DNA of 63,229 bases, filler included, from Octopus bimaculoides (taxonomy: Eukaryota): assembly GCF_001194135.2 (NCBI RefSeq). It is 4 parts of 4 records of this genome, joined end to end, with 100 filler letters (N's around TTAATTAATTAA, not from the genome) between each part and the next. Parts side by side here need not be neighbours in the genome. Positions count along the whole stretch, not along the records: positions 1 to 26,955 come from NC_069005.1; 3 more parts are not named here. One strand, given 5' to 3'. A program made the translations under genes and the position numbers. The notes beneath the pieces are model-generated. The model searched no databases, was not told the DNA's origin, and saw nothing but the letters and a program-made list of their open reading frames with translations. Of this stretch, positions 1 through 10,679 are shown piece by piece (within the stretch, counting starts at the first letter, position 1; every line of letters starts with the position of its first letter).

Positions 1-43
1 ATAGATAGATAGATAGACAAAGAGAAAGAGAAAGAGAGAGCGA

Positions 44-200
44 GAGAGGTTTCTTTTCAATTTGGTGTGGTCAATTCATTGAAATTTCATTTCAAAGTAT
101 TTTTCTGTTTTTCTTTTTGGAAAATGAAAAGAGAAAAAGAAAAATACTTTGAAATGAAATTTCATTGAATTAACCATACCAAATTGAAAAGAAACCTCTC
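44..200. repeat. Near-perfect foldback palindrome (MITE-like hairpin)
   Basis: Arm gagaggtttcttttcaatttggtgtggtcaattcattgaaatttcatttcaaagtattttt (from 44) is the reverse complement of the arm ending ...aaattgaaaagaaacctctc (200) with about 3 mismatches. Loop of a few nt near 122. Confidence 0.85.
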
Positions 201-674
201 TCTCTATCTATCTATCTATTTATCCTTTTCCCATCCTTTATTATTATTATTTTTCTCATCTTTCTTGGTTGTCTTGAAACCGCTCTCTCTCCCTTTTTTC
301 CAAAAAGCAAAAACAATATTTCCCTCTTGTAAACAAAACAAAACACCAGATTCATATAAATGAACAACAAAACGTACCATTTTCGATTTTGGTTCTTTCT
401 TGAAGAGTTTGTATACGGGTGAAAGCACTAATAATGGAATATCCAACACATATATATGTATATGTGTATATATGCCATAAGGCTTCACTTCTTCACGCAC
501 CAGCTTAATTTAATTCGTCCTTAATCGAAAGACACCTGTTGTTTGTATTTGTGTACCATTTCTCTGTATTTTTTCATCCTTGTTTTCGTATACATTTGCT
601 TGCTTTCTTCCAAAGAATCCAGTGCTCTTAGCTTAGATTTTCTTGGGGCCGGCCATACTGGAGCAGTCTCGAGA

Positions 675-965
675 GTAACTGACCAAATATATTTGTGGAA
701 TGGAAGCAACCTAAGGGCAGAGATTCCCTGTTTGTTGATTAGACCCATAAAAATTTGTTCGCTAGACCGATCTAAGGGCAATAACCCATCCTGTTTAAGG
801 CTCAGACAATATATAATATTCTTTTGTTTACAAATTAACTGACCATAACGGTTTTCTATCTCCAGTTTGAAGAGAGGTTATATGTCCGTGGCCTTTGGAT
901 TCTGACAAGTTGTCTATAAGGCTAAGTGCTTTATGGATGTGAAACCATTGGTCACTCTATAATTA
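675..965 (+). mobile_element. Diverged copy of the Penelope-like 3' (pLTR-like) region at about 14455-14745
   Basis: Colinear similarity by eye to 14455-14745 (aacctaagggcagagattcc, ggctcagaca, ttgaagagaggttatat, ctttatggatg-gaaaccattggtca). Confidence 0.7.
896..959 (+). ncRNA. Decayed type I hammerhead ribozyme
   Basis: TGGATT-CTGACAA-stem II-GAAA(941-944)-CCATTG-GTC-ACTCTA. Core G8 is mutated; paralog of the intact motif at 14680. Confidence 0.55.
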
Positions 966-1058
966 ACTTTGTGTAAATATATTACAGCTCTAACTTTTAG
1001 TGTGCTTCTTTCATGGATATATGATCCACTGATGATATATATGAATACATATATATAT

Positions 1059-2097
1059 ATCCAAAAATTAATGGAAACGTTCTCTGTGGGATAAACCCAT
1101 TGTAGTTCAGGCTTCCGCCTCTAGAAACCACTTGATGTGACCCTCAGGCATCAGTCTGCTGACTGGTGTCATTGTGTGAAGTTGTACTGCCACATATGTG
1201 TTTTACAGTGCTTCTCCCATGTTTGCCAATTTTTACCACCACTGAAACAAAGCAGCAGCATGCTTCCATGAAATTCTGTTTTCTGTTGGGGAAACTGGTG
1301 GCTGAAACAGTTGTCATGCGTCAAACAGCTTACAAGGATGCTGCCATGAACAAAACACAAGTTTGAGCGGTTCCCACACTTTACGAATGGTCACTTGTCA
1401 TTTGAAGACCAACATTGTTTAGGACGACTGACNNNNNNNNNNNNNNNNNNNNNNNNNNNNNNNNNNNNNNNNNNNNNNNNNNNNNNNNNNNNNNNNNNNN
1501 NNNNNNNNNNNNNNNNNNNNNNNNNNNNNNNNNNNNNNNNNNNNNNNNNNNNNNNNNNNNNNNNNNNNNNNNNNNNNNNNNNNNNNNNNNNNNNNNNNNN
1601 NNNNNNNNNNNNNNNNNNNNNNNNNNNNNNNNNNNNNNNNNNNNNNNNNNNNNNNNNNNNNNNNNNNNNNNNNNNNNNNNNNNNNNNNNNNNNNNNNNNN
1701 NNNNNNNNNNNNNNNNNNNNNNNNNNNNNNNNNNNNNNNNNNNNNNNNNNNNNNTTGCTTGCTCGGGGAAGACCAAAAGCAGTCACAACTAAATGCGTGT
1801 CGTGAACTGAAAGAAAGTTGGAAGTTGATTTGAACCTTTTTTCAAAGGTCATCACTGGTGATGAAAGGTAGTGCCATAGAATTTGCATATGTGGAAAAGG
1901 TGAAGAAAAGAAGATGGAGGTATTAAAAGGCATCACTTCACAAGAGTTCCAGCACTGCATTGAATAGTGGAAAATTCACCTGGACTGGTGCATTGTTTCA
2001 AATGGAGAATTCTTTGAAGGCGATAAGAGTGTAAACATATAAAACTAAGTGAATGAAATATTGCAAAATTCTGGTTTCTTTTGGGTACCCCTTTGTA
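1059..2097 (+). mobile_element. Internally deleted mariner (Tc1/mariner) transposon
   Basis: N-terminal HTH region (KFCFLLGK..AETVVM..AYKDAAMNKTQV..SFEDQH..GR), then after the gap DQKQSQLNACREL..LFSKVITGDE, and a C-terminus (KGITSQEFQHCIE*WK..CIVSNGEFFEGD). Right TIR-like end ttttgggtacccctttgta. Confidence 0.85.
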
Positions 2098-2924
2098 CAT
2101 AGTTAAATTATTTCCTTGTGTGGAGCTGTGACTCGACTGGTAGTTGTTAGTTTTATATTGCTTTCCGATAGAGTCCACCGTTAGTTTGTTTGCATATCTA
2201 TCCATCCACCCATCTACCTGTTTATGTAGCTACCCATTTACCTAGGTAAATAAATAGATTTGACAGACAGATATATAGACAATTATAACTGCATGTGTTT
2301 TTAACAAATTCCTAGATAACAATCAGTGAATTGAGCTAATAAGCTAGCTATCTGTCTATATGTAAAGTTGGCACTAGCATGCCTTATATCTTAAACTAGG
2401 AGATGTTAATTAAAATTATATCTTGAGTGATGAGAACAAATCATTATATCAATTTCTAATTCTGCTCACAAAAAAGCTAAAAACAAACAAAAAAAACCCA
2501 CTTAAGTTTTAACTAATTATAATTGAAATTAATTAAATATGAAATGTGCAATGGGGAGAGTTAGTTTGATAATTAGCAGTTTGATGACAATTCTAGTGAG
2601 GTTTTGGTTGAATTGGACCTCCTTAGCAAACTGGAAGCTTGCCCAGAGTCAGGATCCTACTTGTTACAGAACTGGCTCAGTCTGTTCCTGCTTCGCTATT
2701 TAATTAATATTAATTAAAACTTCAGTATTGTCTCCCTTGTCTCTCTTCATCAAAATTAGTCATTAAGATAATTAGCAATTTTTCTCATCATTAAGGGTGA
2801 AAATTTTAATAAATTGAAAATTTTTGGCTGACTATGTTAATTATATCTGTGAGATAGATAAGTAGATAGGTAGGTGGGTAGGTGGGTAGGTGGGTAGATA
2901 GACAAACACAGTTATAATTGCTTG

Positions 2925-3105
2925 TGCCAGCTTAGCTTTGTGATAAGAAATTTGCTTCCCAACCACCTGGTTTAAGGTTCAGTTCCACTGTACAGCACCT
3001 TGGACAAGTGTCTTTTACTATAGCTCTGGGTCGACCAAAGCATTGTGAGTGGATATGGTGGATGGAAACTGAAAGAAATCTAGTGTGTGTGTGTGTGTGT
3101 GTGTA
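2925..3105 (+). mobile_element. tRNA-derived SINE family 1, 5' part
   Basis: Head gataagaaatttgcttcccaaccac..ggttcagttcc, CORE-like ccttggacaagtgtctt, ends in (GT)n. Many copies in the window. Confidence 0.8.
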
Positions 3106-3399
3106 CCTCAGCGTTACCATTTTAACATCTTCTCTCTGTACTTGTATGGGTTGGACAGAGTTTATTGGGACAAATTTTTACAGATTCATGCCATTCTTGT
3201 TACCAACCTTCTCTGGTAATATTTTCCCATGGCCAGACATGTTCTTGCAGTAACTTGGAAATGAATGACACTGTTTGTATGACATTGATAATCATTTTGC
3301 ACCATATGATGTGAAGTGATAGAAAGATCAACAAAAAAGTACTCCATATAGTGAGAGATAAATATTATTTATTTAAAGGACACAATACATGTCTTTAAG

Positions 3400-3452
3400 T
3401 GCTACTAATAGTTTCATATGCTGAGAAATATCTCAAAGATATTCATCAGGCA
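3400..3452 (-). ncRNA. Type I hammerhead ribozyme candidate, intact core
   Basis: Minus strand reads TGC-CTGATGA-ATAT(CTTTGAGATATTTCTCAGC)ATAT-GAAA-CTATTAG-TA-GCA: 3-bp stem I, stem II, ACU/AGU stem III, GUA cleavage triplet. Confidence 0.65.
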
Positions 3453-3824
3453 AAAACCACACATCATAACGAACTAAAAAAATTGAATAAGTAAAGAAAC
3501 GTGAAAAAGCTGTGAAGGCAGTACATAGAAAATGTGGAAAGTTAAAAAAAGTGAAAACTAAAATGTAAAATATAAAAAAAGTAAAAGAGTTATTCATTTC
3601 CAATACTGCAAGAACATGTCTGGCCGATGGAAATGTACAGAAAACAAAAGATGAAGACAGGTGAGGGAACAATAAGCAGGTGTATTTGTTTAACAGTTAG
3701 GAAGAATGGAAAAGTCTTTGATGTTTTGAGCCTACGCTCTTTGACAGAAAGGAGTGAGAAGGAAAATAAAGAAGAGAGAGGAAAAAATGTGTAGGGATTA
3801 TTGATTCAGTATATATAAACTTGC

Positions 3825-3863
<39 letters not shown>

Positions 3864-4421
3864 GATAATTAAGTAACCAGAAGATTGATATGGTATTCTT
3901 TCTTTCTTATCAACAGTTATTTGTTTATATTTACAAATGTTTACTATTTTTGTTATGAAAAGCTAATAGTAATGGAAATTGTAGCAATGCTTCATTCCCT
4001 AACCAGATGGGCATATAACAACAACATGACAGCCAAAACTCAGGATTTTTAGCGAAACCCCAATTTATGTATGAATGTACCTGATGTGACCCAGACTGCA
4101 AAATGGATGCAACACATGTTGCACAGAGTCCCACCCATAAGGGACAGTAGCAGGATGGGTTGAAATGACTATTGTACAAAATAAAGACTAATACTAAATC
4201 CATCTTCTGATTACTTAATCAATTATCATTATCTCTGACTTTGTACGGCACCAGGTCGCCCAAACTGTGCCAGTGCTCTACTCAACACTTCAACACACTA
4301 ATCAACATATCCCCATTGGTCCAAAATATTATATATTAATAATGCAACCTGGCATTGCCCGAGTGTTATGACCGACAGCCACATTGTATTGTTTGTTCCT
4401 TTCTTATGGGTAGAATCATCA

Positions 4422-4618
4422 GCTACAAACTCCCAATGTTTCACTATTGGCTGATGTTTCATGCATGCATAGAATTGTACTGAAATAGCAGATGTAAAAA
4501 ATATCAGCCCACCACCAGAAAACCTGACATGCCAGAAACAACAGATAAACAACATTATTTCTGAAGAAACTTCCCCACTTTCCAAAAAGCTAAAAGTGAA
4601 ACATTGGGAGTTTGTAGC
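4422..4618. repeat. Perfect 24-bp inverted repeat with 149-bp spacer
   Basis: gctacaaactcccaatgtttcact (4422-4445) and agtgaaacattgggagtttgtagc (4595-4618). Confidence 0.85.
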
Positions 4619-5934
4619 CTTTTGAAAGTGGTGAAGTGATGGGTGGTTGTTGGGGAAGGAGATTTTAGTGTGTCTTTAAGAAAAATGGAAGAAGGGAACT
4701 CTTAAAGATTCATACTCTGTTGTTTTCTCCGTGGATTACCAAGAAAAAAAATTTTGAAAAAAGTTTAAAAAATGAAAAAAATGGGGTGGAGAGGGACAAA
4801 ATTAAAATATTGAGAGCATGTTTTTTTGGGTGAAATCCTAATTGCCTCTACCAAAAACATAGGAATTGGAAGAAATTTAGACATGTCTGAAGTGGGGGTG
4901 CAAATGTCATCTCAGACATGCTAGAAACAACAGGTGAAGGACTGGATTTCTGGGAGAACTTCCTTTTAAGTTTATATCAAAGATTAGGTTTTTAAATAGG
5001 CTCATCATAAACACAAATTACAGAATAGAAAAAGGTTATTTCAATTCAATTTGAGCCATAATTTTGCGCATGCACACAGCAAGAAATAACATAACTTGTA
5101 CAAACAAAAGTTTTACCCCGAGTGTGTGTGTGTGAGTGTGCCAAAGGAAATTATTTTTACATACCTTTCTTAATTCCAAAAGAAGAAAAACTTGAACAAT
5201 ACTTTCAAGACTGGAGTTCAGCCCCGATTGTGAAACAGTGAAGAAGTGTGTGCAAGTATTTGTAGAGTTGATGTGCCTGAGGAACATGTAATGAATATGT
5301 GCACATAAACATTGTTTTAAAATAAGTTATCTTTGCAGATCATGTTTGGAATTATCTATATATTTGATAGAAAAGTGTGTAAAAAATTAAATGAAATCCA
5401 GGTTTAGTCATAATATATCAATGAAGTTAGTGAAGTTGTAATATGTTGTTGACAACATGGTGTCTCCATACATTATAATGAGAAATAGAAAGAGAGAGAT
5501 AATGCCACTCTGCCAGCGGAAGCTATGAAGTGGAGTGGGAGACATAGGCTGCCAAATTCAGGGCAAACTTATTTAGACTTATTTATTGAATGCTTTTTGG
5601 TTGTGGCTTATTTTAATACAATATTTATGTGCGCATTTTCATGAATGTCAGGTGCAATCACCCCTACATAGTTGTTGGTGGTTTAACAATCATGGGTGAA
5701 GTTCAAATTTGGAAGTATTGTTCAAGTTTATCTNNNNNNNNNNNNNNNNNNNNNNNNNNNNNNNNNNNNNNNNNNNNNNNNNNNNNNNNNNNNNNNNNNN
5801 NNNNNNNNNNNNNNNNNNNNNNNNNNNNNNNNNATATATATATATATATATATATATGAATGTATATATATATGTATATATATCTATATGTGTGTGTGTG
5901 TGTATATATATATATATACACACATACACACTCA

Positions 5935-6105
5935 CACCCACAACAGGTTTCCACTTGATTTCCATTGATCAAATCAGCCACAAAGCATTGGTTGACCCAG
6001 TGCTGTTGTAGAAGACACTTGCTCAAGGTGCCATGCAGTGGGACTGAACCTGATACCACATGATTGCAAAGTGAGCCTCTTAACCACACAGCCATGCCTG
6101 CATAA
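5935..6105 (-). mobile_element. SINE family 1, 5' part
   Basis: Reverse complement of the family-1 head and CORE-like segment (gaagacacttgctcaaggtgccatgcagtgggactgaacc). Confidence 0.75.
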
Positions 6106-6689
6106 ATAAGAAACAATTAATAAAGCAGAGTGAGGCACACTATTTTCATTAATTGTTTATTGTGGTTTTATTGTGATATTTTCCAGTTTTGGTAACTGCT
6201 AGATTGACAGATTGGTTGCTAGTTCGTTAGGAAGTCAGATATGTTGATGGCTAGCTAGCTCGCTATAGCTAGCTACCTCAATTTGAAAACTAAACAGCTC
6301 TGCTTATCTCCCCAGCTAGCAAGCTAAACTAGTCACTCCTTTACTATTTTTCATGCCAAGCAAGGAGCCTCTATATTATTGCTTAACTTGCTATAAATAA
6401 CAACCAAATATGTTTTTTGTTAGTTTTGGTTTTTTTAAAGATCACACCCTACTTACTGTCTGGCAAAAAAAAATAATAATAAATAAAACCCTGATAAAAT
6501 GACAAATAGGAGAATGAAGTTAAGGATATATGAAAAGACGAAGTGATCAGAGCTGGAATTTCTCTTTTTTTTTGTTTTTGTTTGATCTGGAAGCTAAACA
6601 ACAATAACAGTAGCAGCAAATCGCTATTTCTTTGTTTATGTCTCTGGTTTCTCTATCTTATGAGTTTATCTTTTAATCTGTCTAAATAT

Positions 6690-6970
6690 AGATTTCCTTG
6701 TCTACCTCTATCTGTTTGCCTCTCTCTCTCTCTTTCTCTCCCCTTCCTCCCTTTCTCTGTCATACTCACCCTCCTTCACTCTTTCATCCTCGTTCTCTTT
6801 CTGTCCTCTCTCTTTCTCCTTTCTCACTTCTTTTTTCTCTCTTTCTCCCTGTCTTTCTATCTCCCTCCTTCACACTTTCTCTCTCTCTCTCTCTCTTCCT
6901 CTCTTTTCACTCTTTCTCAGTCCCTCTTTCTCTCTCTCTCCTTCACTCCTTCACCCTTTCTCCCTCCCCT
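6690..6970. repeat. CT-rich polypyrimidine microsatellite
   Basis: Degenerate (CT)n/(CTT)n tract; source of the spurious F/L/S-rich ORFs. Confidence 0.9.
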
Positions 6971-7164
6971 CAATATATTTTCTAAAATTTCAGATTTTGG
7001 ACTTAGGGTTTTCTGTGGACTGAACCAACAGGTAACAATAAAAATGACCTTTATTGCCAAATCAAATCCATTTCCAGAATGGCTGCCTCCACGCCTTAAG
7101 TATGTTACCTTTAATTTCTAGGAGTGTCTTAAGATTAAGTCAAAGCAGATCATGACATAAGTAT

Positions 7165-7800
7165 ACCTGTGTGGTTAAGAAGCTCACTTTCTAACCATGT
7201 TGTCTCCGGTTCAATCCCACTGCTCAGTATCATGGGCAAGTGTCTTTTATAGCCCCAAGTCAGCTAATGCCCTTGTGAGTGAATTTGATAGACAGAAACT
7301 GTGTGGTAAGAAGCTTGCTTCCCAACCACATGGTTCCAGGTTCAGTCCCACTGTGTGGCACCTTGGGTAAGTGTCTTCTACTATAGCCTCAGCCCAACCA
7401 AAGCATTGTGAGTGGATTTGGTAGACGGAAACTGAAAGAAGCCTGTTGTTTATATATATGTATATATATCTGTGTGTGTGTCTGTGTTTGTCCCCACATC
7501 ACTGCTTGACAACTGGTAGGTGTGTTTATGTCCCCGTAACTTAGCAGTTCAGTGAAAGACTCTGATAGAATAAGTACTAGACTTTAAAAAAAGTCCTGGG
7601 GTCAATTCATTCAACTAAAACCCTTGAAGGCAGTGCTCCAACATGGCTGCAGTCAAATGACTGAAACAAGTAAAAGAATAAAAGAATAGCTGTGTGGTTA
7701 AGAAGCTCACTTTCTAATCGTGCTGTCTCAGGTTCAGTCCTATTGCTTGGTGTCGTGGGCAAGTGAATTTGGTAGACAGAAACTGTGTGGAAGCCTCTTG
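7165..7800 (+). mobile_element. Cluster of SINE family 1: partial head, near full-length copy (about 7282-7688), second partial head
   Basis: Three ctgtgtggt(t)aagaagct heads; full copy runs to the tail gcagtcaaatgactgaaacaagtaaaagaataaaag. Confidence 0.85.
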
Positions 7801-7829
7801 TGTGTGTTTGAAATCAATATTATGACAGT

Positions 7830-8045
7830 GTAAGGCAGCAAGCTGGCAGAATTATTACCACACTGGAAAAAATGCTTTGCGACGTTTCTTCCAACTTCAA
7901 ATTCTAGGTTCAAATGCCACCAGGGCTGACTTTATCCTTTTGGGGTTGATAAAATAAGTACCAGTTGAACACTGGAGTCAATATAATCAACCTTTCTCTC
8001 CCCTGAAATTGCTGGCCTTGTGCCAAAATTTGAAGCCAATATTAG
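7830..8045 (+). mobile_element. tRNA-derived SINE family 2
   Basis: aggcagcaagctggcagaa head, B-box-like aggttcaaatgcc, body tttggggttgataaaataagtaccagtt, tail ggccttgtgccaaaatttgaa. Confidence 0.75.
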
Positions 8046-8899
8046 GACAGTGTTTGAGCCAGTCAGTTAATCAAATATAAAATTTTAGAGTTTAATTAGT
8101 TGTAAGCTAATAATTTCTTTCTTATGCAAGGATTTTTGTTTTCATGTTTTCTCTCTTGTTTCAGTTATTGGACTCCAGTCATGCCCAGGCACCACCTTAT
8201 TCTATCAGTCTCTTTTGACAAATCAACATCAGTAGTCAAGCAATATGTGAGGGTAGTGGTGGTGGTGGTAAACAAACTTACACACACATCCAGCTGTAGG
8301 ACATTTCACTCAATAAATTCTGCCTGTTCCATGGAAAAGTGGATGTTAAATCAGTGACAATGACGATAAAAGACAATGGTCAGTATCTTTTGTTGGTGAA
8401 AAGAAATTCACTCAACATTCAGACTTTGTTGAGGCAGATTTTCTATTGTTAGGTGCCCTTCCAGTCACCAACCCTCACCTGTTTCCATCACTTTATCAAC
8501 CAGACTATCAGAGGTTGTTATACATCATTGGACATAAAGCACTTCCAATTCTTTCTTGATTGCACTATTATTTTCCATTTTATCCCAAATCACTTAACTA
8601 AATCATCTTCCCATCCATTGTCATGGAGGTCTTCCCAGAAGTCATTTCAATCACATGGATACCACTCGGAAACTGCACAGGTCTGCTGCTGTTTCAAACC
8701 TTATGACACGTCTAGCCCAGTAGAACCTGTGCTTTTGGTATTCTCTGATCGCATTGTTCACTCCGCTCCATTCTTGAATTTTCTCATTTCAAATATGTTC
8801 TTGCAATAATATTCTTAGCATGAATCTTTCCTTGGCCTTTGGCACCATAGCCAATTTTTGCTTTTCCTTTTTCATAGTAGTCCATGTCTCACTTGTATC

Positions 8900-9122
8900 T
8901 ACAAGGGGGTGATGAAAAGTTCCTGGCTTTGGGTAAAAAAAAGTACAAGAGGATCAGTTAATTAGGATTTTATTCAACATATTCCCCTCTCAGATTCACA
9001 CACATATTGCACCAATCCTTTAGTTTTTCTAAGCCCTATAAAAGAATGTGGAAGGTTGGGCCTCAAACCAGGCCTTTTGTGATATCCTTAAAGCCAGGAG
9101 CTTTCCAGCACTCCCTCATGTA
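8900..9122. mobile_element. Mariner-type MITE, copy 1
   Basis: TIRs tacaagggggtgatgaaaagttcctggcttt / aaagccaggagctttccagcactccctcatgta, TA ends. Confidence 0.8.
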
Positions 9123-9156
9123 TATATACACACACACGTGCACACACACACACGTA

Positions 9157-9368
9157 TACAAGGACATGCTGAAAAGTTCCTGGCTTTGAGTAAAGAAAAA
9201 AATACAGGAAGATCAGTAAATTATGATTTAATGCAACATATTCCCCTCTCAGATTCAGTAACCCTTCAGTTTTTTCTAAGTCCTGTAAAAGAACTCGGAA
9301 GGTTGAGCCTCCAGCCAGGCCTTTCACAATACCCTTAAAGCCAGGAACTTTTCTACAACCCCTCATAA
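9157..9368. mobile_element. Mariner-type MITE, copy 2 (tandem, same orientation)
   Basis: TIRs tacaaggacatgctgaaaagttcctggcttt / aaagccaggaacttttctacaacccctcata; internal sequence homologous to copy 1. Confidence 0.8.
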
Positions 9369-9762
9369 GTGCCTACATTGGATTGTGCTATGGGAGAGTC
9401 TGCCATATATGGTCTTGTTTAGCTTTGCTTTGAGCACATCCTTTGAGGAAAACACCTTCCATCCTGCCCTTATTCTCTTCAATTTCAGTATCCATGTCAC
9501 AGCATATATTCACTGTGTGCCCTATGTAGACATACTCCTTTACTTCCTCAATTTCATCACTTTACACCTCTATTTGACGTTGGGCTATGTCTTTGGACTG
9601 CGTGGATTTTGTTTCCATATAATTCATTTTAAGGCCTACTTGCTGTGTTATGAGTGTCCAGCTCTGTTAGCATAGTCTGCTGCTGGTTTGTAGTTTCAGC
9701 AATGAGTACAATGTCATTTGCAAATTTGTTTGGGTTTTTTTTTTCTTTACGTTTATTTACTT

Positions 9763-10525
9763 ACCAGTAGAGGTACCCAGTGTTGCTCGGGGTGTAAACT
9801 CTTCGTCATTCTAAGAACACTTATTTTCTAGTCTAATGACCAGCACTGCCAAAGCTTTTTTGAAAAACGTACAGAATTCCATGCCAAAATGTAACAAAAA
9901 TTCAAAAAACATACAAAATATTTTTGAAATATGTCACAACCACAAAAATAGAGAAAAATATCGGTTTTTCTTTAAAAATTTGTAATATGTGACTTGAAAT
10001 TGATGAAAATACATATAAAAAAAGAAAGAATATTGAAATTTAAAACCTCTAAAACATACAATAAAATCAATTTTTTGGTAAAAACATACAAAACTGTACA
10101 AATTTAGCAACATTTTATGCATGATGAATTTAAATACAAGGAAGTCAATTTGTAGACAGAACTTACAAACCCTGTTTGAGCATATAAAGCTCTAGAAGAA
10201 AATAGCTTGAGTGAAAAAAACTTTAGGATAGCTTTTCTAATGCATGACCACTAGTGAGAGAGAATGTATAAGCAAGGGAAACAGAATAAGAAAGAGAAAA
10301 GGGTTGAAAATTGCAGAAGGTTTTAGAGAAAAAAACACCATTTCCCCCAGTTTCTCACTTTACTTGGGAACTCTGAGCAAAATGTTATAGTGCATGACCA
10401 TCCTTGGCACATGAGTAATGTGTGTGTAAAGTTTGGTGAAAATTGGTTGAAGACTAGAAATGCATACATACTACACACACACACATCCTACTCACACACA
10501 CATCCTTTGTTTTATATATATAGAT
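9763..10525 (+). mobile_element. Non-autonomous Helitron/Helentron-like (HINE/DINE-type) element
   Basis: Starts accagtagaggtacccagtgttgctcgggg, ends aaagtttggtgaaaattggttgaa..(CA)n..tttatatatatagat, TT flanks. Recognised from terminal-motif similarity only. Confidence 0.5.
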
Positions 10526-10679
10526 TTATATTTTCATTTATTTATTTATGCTTGTAGGGCTGTGCATAAACGTTGGAATCTATCTGTGTATTTAAATACA
10601 AAGAAACCGGTAAAAAGAGATATAAGAAACAAAAAGAAAGAAAAGAAAAAAGGGGAGGGTAAAGCAGCAGAAAATGGAG

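Larger units (their letters stand above)
8490..9730 (-). mobile_element. Degenerate RTE-1-like LINE, end of RT through C-terminus, split by two MITEs
   Basis: Minus frames give FANDIVLIAE (FADD-like), VGLKMN, IEEVKEYVYIGH, then after the MITEs TSETWT, ERFMLR, EWY..GRPP. Confidence 0.8.

Noticed and set aside
216-842. ORFs 216-500, 521-781 and 543-842 as exons
   Set aside because: No recognisable domain; they partly overlap the non-coding Penelope-related repeat, whose paralog at 14.5 kb does not keep the frames.
6985-7005. KISDFGL resembling a protein-kinase DFG motif in ORF 6543-7121
   Set aside because: No HRD or APE context; the upstream part is a CT microsatellite and the motif straddles a likely splice acceptor.
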